DNA of 64,000 bases from NCBI RefSeq assembly GCF_054482595.1, contig NZ_JBTHVH010000004.1. The stretch is one strand, 5' to 3'. The translations under genes and the position numbers were made by a program. Source of the stretch: a plasmid. Each line of letters starts with the position of its first letter. Position 1 is the stretch's first letter. Positions 58,639-64,000 of the stretch are shown here, in pieces. Below the pieces are notes generated by a model. It saw only the letters and a list, made by a program, of their open reading frames with translations. It did no database searches and had not been told where the DNA came from.

Positions 58639-60108
58639 TCAGCTGACTTCGTCGTAAAACTGCCGCAAGCGCTGGGAGGCTGCAAATTCAATTCGTGACT
58701 TCAGCAGTTTGGCGACGGCCGCAAAGACATCAACGACCACGGAGTTCCCAAACTGTCTGTAAGCCTGTGTATTGGACACAGGGATACGGAAAACACTTTC
58801 CCCGGGTTTATCGAAGCCCATTAGCCTGCTGCATTCACGTGGCGTTAGCATGCGTGGCCGACGGTCCATGTTGTATGTGTTATGGAAATCAGTTTCTCCC
58901 AGTTCATGAGACCAGCCCCGATCAATAAGAATTTCAGATCCGTCTTTCATATAGCGGCTTGAGAGGGTTATGGTGACACTATTAACATTGGAAGGATCTA
59001 CTAGTCCAAAACCAAAACCATTGCCTTTTGCCGCATGTTTCTTTGCATAGTTGTATAAGTACTCCCAGAGTTTAGGGGAGAGGATGTATTTACTATCTAC
59101 GCTCGGATCCAGTAAATCTGAGAGAGAAGGGCGCTTGTCCGGATAAAAGTCTTTAATGTCTCTCAGAGTAAAACCGTCTTTCAGACGTAGGTCGCGGCGA
59201 AAACCAATAAGGACGATACGTTCACGGTGCTGGGGTCGGAAATGACGGCCATCGATGACTTTAGGATCATCCGCGCCCGTGCTTTCGCTGTTTGCGACGT
59301 CGTAGCCAAGCTCATCGAGCGTTTTCATGATGATGTTAAAGGTATTACCCTTATCGTGACTCTTCAGATTTTTTACGTTTTCCAGAACAAAAATTGCAGG
59401 TTGTTTTGCCCGGATGATCCTGGCCACATCAAAGAAGAGCGTACCCTGAGTGTCGCACTCGAAACCGTGTTTGCGACCCATAGAGTTCTTTTTACTGACA
59501 CCGGCGATGCTGAATGGCTGGCATGGAAATCCCGCAAGAAGAACATCATGATCCGGGATAGAGGCATCGATAAATTTGTATGCCTCGTCATCAGTAACCT
59601 CGGGCCGGTTGCTAAGAGTGATGTCACGGATGTCTGAATTGAAGCGGTGCTCGTTCTCATCGCAATACCAGTTCGCCCGGTAAGTACGGCTGGAATAAGT
59701 ATTCCATTCGCTCGTGAAAAGACATTTACCACCGATGGCATCAAATCCGCTTCGCAGTCCACCTATCCCTGCAAACAGATCGATAAAGCTAAAGTGCCTG
59801 TCCTCATAATCAGCAGGTCGTGAAGGTATTAAAGTCTGTAGATAGCGTCCATCTGCGATACTCAGCTCACAATGCTCAGGTATGCATGTAACCTGACGTT
59901 TAAGGGATGCACGGGACCAATTACTGCCATTTTCATCATTTAATACCTGAGCCAGATATTTCAGGTCATAAATGGTCGAAGCTGTTAACAAAGTTTTGTG
60001 GATCAGAGATGGTGTTTTATCCACATCATTCAGGTCTGTCTCAAGATCATGAGTGTAACGTTTCATCCAAACTCTCTCAGGAATAATATCTTTGAGATAG
60101 ATTAACAC
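58639..60108 (-). CDS. DNA (cytosine-5)-methyltransferase
   Basis: C5-MTase motifs '[15 protein letters not shown]' (I), '[11 protein letters not shown]' (IV), 'VLENVKNL' (VI); start is either GTG at 60108 or ATG at 60066. Confidence 0.8.
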   Translation of the reverse strand: MLIYLKDIIPERVWMKRYTHDLETDLNDVDKTPSLIHKTLLTASTIYDLKYLAQVLNDENGSNWSRASLKRQVTCIPEHCELSIADGRYLQTLIPSRPADYEDRHFSFIDLFAGIGGLRSGFDAIGGKCLFTSEWNTYSSRTYRANWYCDENEHRFNSDIRDITLSNRPEVTDDEAYKFIDASIPDHDVLLAGFPCQPFSIAGVSKKNSMGRKHGFECDTQGTLFFDVARIIRAKQPAIFVLENVKNLKSHDKGNTFNIIMKTLDELGYDVANSESTGADDPKVIDGRHFRPQHRERIVLIGFRRDLRLKDGFTLRDIKDFYPDKRPSLSDLLDPSVDSKYILSPKLWEYLYNYAKKHAAKGNGFGFGLVDPSNVNSVTITLSSRYMKDGSEILIDRGWSHELGETDFHNTYNMDRRPRMLTPRECSRLMGFDKPGESVFRIPVSNTQAYRQFGNSVVVDVFAAVAKLLKSRIEFAASQRLRQFYDEVS

Positions 60109-60277
60109 GCTTAATTTGGATTATTTTTTGGTTCAGGTTCTAAATTTATTGTGATTATTCTGCCTTTAAGTTGCAAAAAGATTGGTTTTAAGCCCGCCCA
60201 TGAAATAATGACTTGTTAAAATACTGCCTGTAAATAGGCTTGTGGATACATGTCTGTACTCAACAAATCAAGGTGAA

Positions 60278-60796
60278 ATGATGTTTTTTTTAACAAAGTT
60301 ACTTTTGCCCATCATGATTGTTGTATTCCCAGTGGCGTCCTGGGGGAACTCAACAACTTTTGAGGCAAAGGTGGTTAAGATTGTTGACGGTGACACCATA
60401 ACTGCGTTGGATGCTCAAAACACAACCATCAAAATACGGATGTATGGTATAGACGCTCCTGAATCTAAACAGGCTTTTGGCCAAAAAGCAAAACAGGCCT
60501 TAACCACAGCTATAGCAACTAAAATCGTTACCGTGATAGACCATGGTACGGATATCTATGGCCGTATGTTAGGTACCATCTGGTTAGATGGATATGATAT
60601 CAATGCCTCTATGGTGGACAGTGGATATGCGTGGGTTTATCGGTTCGAAGATAACGCCATTGTCCCTGGCTATATCAAATATGAATCCGCAGCACAAAAG
60701 GAGGCAAAAGGGTTATGGGCAGACACCAACCCTGTCCCACCATGGCAGTGGAGACAGGCAAACGAAAAGCCCAGAAAGGTGAAAGAGAAGAAATAA
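60278..60796 (+). CDS. Thermonuclease (staphylococcal-nuclease-like) family protein with signal peptide
   Basis: N-terminal hydrophobic signal; 'VVKIVDGDTI...IRMYGIDAPES' SNase-like core; ATG at 60278 with AAGGTGA RBS. Confidence 0.7.
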   Translation: MMFFLTKLLLPIMIVVFPVASWGNSTTFEAKVVKIVDGDTITALDAQNTTIKIRMYGIDAPESKQAFGQKAKQALTTAIATKIVTVIDHGTDIYGRMLGTIWLDGYDINASMVDSGYAWVYRFEDNAIVPGYIKYESAAQKEAKGLWADTNPVPPWQWRQANEKPRKVKEKK

Positions 60797-60798
60797 CC

Positions 60799-61695
60799 AT
60801 GATGAAAGAGCCTCATCCGTTACTTCAGTTGGTACTAAACGATTCCGGTCGTCTAACCATGCCTGTTTATTATAGAGATCAACAGTATTGCCCGACTTGC
60901 CTTACAAAGGTGTTGAAGAGTGAGGATGGAAGTTTGGCGCACCTCGGGGAAATAAATCAAAATACATGTAGACCTTCTATTTCAGTAGTTGTGACAAAAG
61001 CAATTATTGAAATGTTATGTGACGGGGAAAAAATATATGTAAATCCAATACGACACCGAGGCCGGGTGCTGGCACCCTCAGTAATTTTTTCTCCCGACAC
61101 TCACACTTTCAAACCGTTTATAAATACAGACTATCAGCCTGTGGGAGCAAACTGGAAAAGTGAAAAGGGATATAAACTCGGTCTGTTTTATCTCAAAGAT
61201 CGAGCCAACTCTATCAATAAAGAGGAATTTGATTTCATTGCCGTTATAGACCCTGAGGCAATGCAGAAAGAATTTATTTCGGCCTGGTCTGAGGTTGATG
61301 AAAAAAATCCATTGGAAACGCTGAAGCAGATCTTACGATCTAAAAACAACTCTTCTTTATGGGTAAAATGGCCTGGCAAAATTGAGCATGCGCAAAAAGG
61401 AAATTACAACGAAAATTACTGGTTCGATTATCAATCTGATAATCAGGAAGTGAACTGTACGGTCTCTGTTGTAGGTATCGAAGGTAACAGTTCCGGTGAG
61501 ACAATTTATAGATTGCAAACTTTGCTAAAGCGTAAGCTCAATGAATATCAACTGGTTCGGTCTTTAGGGACTATTATGCTTCTTGATAATACCGGGAATA
61601 TGATTCCATCAAACCATCCTTATTTTGAAGTCATCTCAAAAGCATGTATAAATGGAGTGCGTGACTTTGTTCGTCAAAACCCGTGGGTAGTCTGA
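60799..61695 (+). CDS. Hypothetical protein (298 aa) with 'CPTC' motif
   Basis: ATG at 60799, 3 bp after the upstream stop; AT-rich codon usage. Confidence 0.45.
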   Translation: MMKEPHPLLQLVLNDSGRLTMPVYYRDQQYCPTCLTKVLKSEDGSLAHLGEINQNTCRPSISVVVTKAIIEMLCDGEKIYVNPIRHRGRVLAPSVIFSPDTHTFKPFINTDYQPVGANWKSEKGYKLGLFYLKDRANSINKEEFDFIAVIDPEAMQKEFISAWSEVDEKNPLETLKQILRSKNNSSLWVKWPGKIEHAQKGNYNENYWFDYQSDNQEVNCTVSVVGIEGNSSGETIYRLQTLLKRKLNEYQLVRSLGTIMLLDNTGNMIPSNHPYFEVISKACINGVRDFVRQNPWVV

Positions 61696-61742
61696 CGGTC
61701 AACTATAAAGCATAATATAATTAGTAATAACAAGGAACAGAC

Positions 61743-62150
61743 ATGAATGAAAACTCAGTAATCTTAATAAGTTTATTTTGGTTTTTTTTGGGATCGAGTG
61801 TTGTAGCTGGTTTTATGGATGCATCATTATATTGCTGGATTTTTGCAGCCATAAGCGCATTGTTTCTTCTTTCGGTGATACAAACACCAAAGGAGTTAAC
61901 GGTATCTATTAGTCATATGACAAGCAAAACGCTGATCTCAAAGACAGATGATGGATACACATTTAGCATTTCACCTTACGGAGACGGGTACCGCTTATCA
62001 GTCTCGCCTGAAAATCGTCACAATGGTACCCAAAGCTTTGACGGCTGGTTCCCACGTTTTTTTTCCGAACCACAGTATGCCAAATCATCTTTAACTAAAT
62101 TTCTCGGTGAGTCCTTAGTATGGGAAGAAGATTCAAGTAATGCTCTATGA
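61743..62150 (+). CDS. Hypothetical membrane protein (135 aa)
   Basis: ORF with two N-terminal hydrophobic segments. Confidence 0.4.
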   Translation: MNENSVILISLFWFFLGSSVVAGFMDASLYCWIFAAISALFLLSVIQTPKELTVSISHMTSKTLISKTDDGYTFSISPYGDGYRLSVSPENRHNGTQSFDGWFPRFFSEPQYAKSSLTKFLGESLVWEEDSSNAL

Positions 62151-62195
62151 GATTACTTATTATAAATTTTTCTATTAATCTCCATGGAGTGATAT

Positions 62196-62450
62196 ATGAA
62201 TTTGGCCTATTTTTTATTTTTGTCTATAACTGTTATGCTTACGAGCTTTATTATTAAATCACTTGTCGTATTGGTAAAGTTCAAATTACTTCGTGATGAA
62301 CGTCTCGAATATACCAGCAATAAAAATATTGATGAGATGTACGATTTAATGAATGCGAAGGAAGAAATCCTCATAAGGCATCATAAGCAGATGTTGGCAT
62401 TGCATCTTTCACTATTAATATTCGTTCTATTTATTGCTTACATTTACTAA
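62196..62450 (+). CDS. Hypothetical small membrane protein (84 aa)
   Basis: ORF with hydrophobic N- and C-termini. Confidence 0.35.
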   Translation: MNLAYFLFLSITVMLTSFIIKSLVVLVKFKLLRDERLEYTSNKNIDEMYDLMNAKEEILIRHHKQMLALHLSLLIFVLFIAYIY

Positions 62451-62487
62451 AAATAATTTTATTCAACATTTCAACAAAGGGTTTTCA

Positions 62488-62775
62488 ATGGAAAGCTTCG
62501 AAACTGAACAAATGATTCAATATGCTTTCTACATAAATATCGTAATAACGACTGGTTTGGCATGGTTTTGCTTGCGGTCAGGATTGCATTACAATTTTTT
62601 CAGAAAAGCAGAGAGTGCCAGAACAAAAGGGCTGAGTAGTACCTCTACTGAACACGGTCCAGCAATAGTGAGACTAAAGAAGCTACAAGCATTAGTAGAT
62701 TTTATTAGTAACTGTGCTTTTCTAATCCTTTCAATTGGCACAGCTTATATTTTGTATGTTTGGAGCCACAGTTAA
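62488..62775 (+). CDS. Hypothetical small membrane protein (about 95 aa)
   Basis: Internal ATG of ORF 62434..62775; two hydrophobic segments. Confidence 0.3.
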   Translation: MESFETEQMIQYAFYINIVITTGLAWFCLRSGLHYNFFRKAESARTKGLSSTSTEHGPAIVRLKKLQALVDFISNCAFLILSIGTAYILYVWSHS

Positions 62776-62841
62776 CTCATACGAGGTAACTTCGGCAGGT
62801 AACAACTTCTAATGCAGGACTTTAATAACTCTAAGGGATTC

Positions 62842-63042
62842 TACATGAAAAAAGACGATCTAATTACGCGTTGTAAATTACTTAAAGGCGAACGCGATGA
62901 GTCTATCTTTACCATATTAATTGGGATAGTAGTAAAGCTGGGGCTGGTAGGCCTGGCATTCTATCTGTTGCTTGGTTCCACGATTGATTGGTCAAGCTGG
63001 AAAACTTATGCCGCCATGTTGATCTTGGGAGCATTTCTCTAA
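62842..63042 (+). CDS. Hypothetical small membrane protein (about 66 aa)
   Basis: Internal ATG of ORF 62812..63042; C-terminal hydrophobic segment. Confidence 0.3.
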   Translation, partial: YMKKDDLITRCKLLKGERDESIFTILIGIVVKLGLVGLAFYLLLGSTIDWSSWKTYAAMLILGAFL

Positions 63043-63378
63043 AATCTTGAACCTTTTTTCACTCATTACAAGCCATGACCTAGTGCGTAGATCATACGAT
63101 CTTTAAACCTTATGTCATTGATTTATAAGTACATATAACAAAGATTATGTTAAATACTGTATGTATGTACAGCATCAACAGTTGCCCCCCTCATATTGAG
63201 GTAATTGCTACATTCATACCACTATTCTTCTTATAGTATCGACATCCTGAATTATTGCACCCTACTGCTTTGTCTTTAGCTGTTCCGAATTAAAATTCAT
63301 TGCTCAATTTGGATCACATGACGATCAGCGTATTCCTTTGCTTTATCAAAGTTAAGTTTTTAAAACATAAGATATGTA

Positions 63379-63840
63379 ATGACAAATTCTCAATCTGATT
63401 TTCCTTTGAACGATCAAAATTTTCAGGCAGATTTGCTGAAAATCAAAAAGGTTTTCGCCGACCTTATAACGCAGGCATCAGATGGTAAGATACCCATAAG
63501 GTCTTCTCATGTACACGGCTTACACCATTTCGAGGAGCTCTACATCCGGGCAAGAGCAGGCATGTGTTCGGTCCTGGGATATCCGGTCATGGTTGTTTCA
63601 ACTATCTCAGTTAAAGAGCCCGGCACAGGCATTTTTAGAGCGCTTCTTGCAGAATTGAAATGTATTGCAGATGAACAAAATTACATTTTGAAAATTGAAA
63701 ATGTACTGCCTCCCCTATTCCGCAAATACCTTATTCAAGAAGGTTTTGTTTTCCCAGGTGAACCTTGGATGTGTGGTTCCGGCTATTGGTTTAAGAACCC
63801 ACAAGTACTTCATGAAAATATTGAGTTATTATCTGTTTAA
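63379..63840 (+). CDS. Hypothetical protein (153 aa)
   Basis: ORF only. Confidence 0.4.
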   Translation: MTNSQSDFPLNDQNFQADLLKIKKVFADLITQASDGKIPIRSSHVHGLHHFEELYIRARAGMCSVLGYPVMVVSTISVKEPGTGIFRALLAELKCIADEQNYILKIENVLPPLFRKYLIQEGFVFPGEPWMCGSGYWFKNPQVLHENIELLSV

Positions 63841-63869
63841 GTCGATCTAACAATTTCACTGGAGCTAAC

Positions 63870-64000
63870 ATGTCCCCGGAATTGGTATCAGACATTGCAA
63901 GAGTGGCGCATGAAAAGCTACTTTCAATTTTAACGGAGTGCGGCATAGAGAAGACGGCAGGCACTTGCCTTTTTGCAAGCTATCTTGTGTGTTATTTAGC
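63870..64000 (+). CDS. Hypothetical protein, 5' part only (runs off the window end)
   Basis: ATG at 63870 with GGAG RBS; open to the window edge. Confidence 0.3.
   Translation, partial: MSPELVSDIARVAHEKLLSILTECGIEKTAGTCLFASYLVCYL

Overview
This window reads as a plasmid-type accessory mosaic from an enterobacterial replicon; an IncHI-like backbone is an inference from the hha-like gene plus a complete ter super-locus. All calls come from reading the translated ORFs and DNA by eye and from recalled sequences; no database search or folding was run, and boundaries of mobile elements may be off by a base or two. (1) 0.1-21.9 kb: an Hha-like modulator, a CoiA-like gene, then a tellurite-resistance-type locus: a minus-strand signalling operon (Ser/Thr kinase, PP2C phosphatase, three vWA TerY-like proteins, one TerD-family protein), terW, a DUF4236-like gene, a five-enzyme predicted small-molecule biosynthesis operon (HpcH/CitE-like, StiP-like, HAD, PRTase, ATP-grasp) divergent from terZABCDE and terF. 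(2) 21.9-27.5 kb: uncharacterised small genes, a 17-bp perfect inverted-repeat pair, and hipBA preceded by four regularly spaced operator palindromes. (3) 27.5-53.5 kb: an IS26-driven multiresistance mosaic with five IS26 copies, carrying aac(3)-IV, hph, a truncated aac(3)-like gene, an IS6-family element, Tn5393 fragments with strA-strB, aph(3')-Ia with an IS903 remnant, IS1/Tn9/IS10 remnants, a class 1 integron remnant (truncated intI1, aadA2, lnu(F)), a fosA3 module, 5'-truncated blaTEM, an arsR plus ArsP-like permease pair, and a Tn3-family transposon remnant with a decayed resolvase. (4) 53.5-64 kb: an AT-richer backbone-like segment with a palindrome-rich intergenic region, a KfrA-like coiled-coil gene, an orphan C5-cytosine methyltransferase operon, a thermonuclease-family gene and small membrane proteins. 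No rRNA, tRNA or CRISPR array was seen. The most interesting parts are the ter-linked kinase/phosphatase/vWA operon and the adjacent biosynthesis operon; both are computationally described in the literature but biochemically open, so nothing here is claimed as definitively novel.
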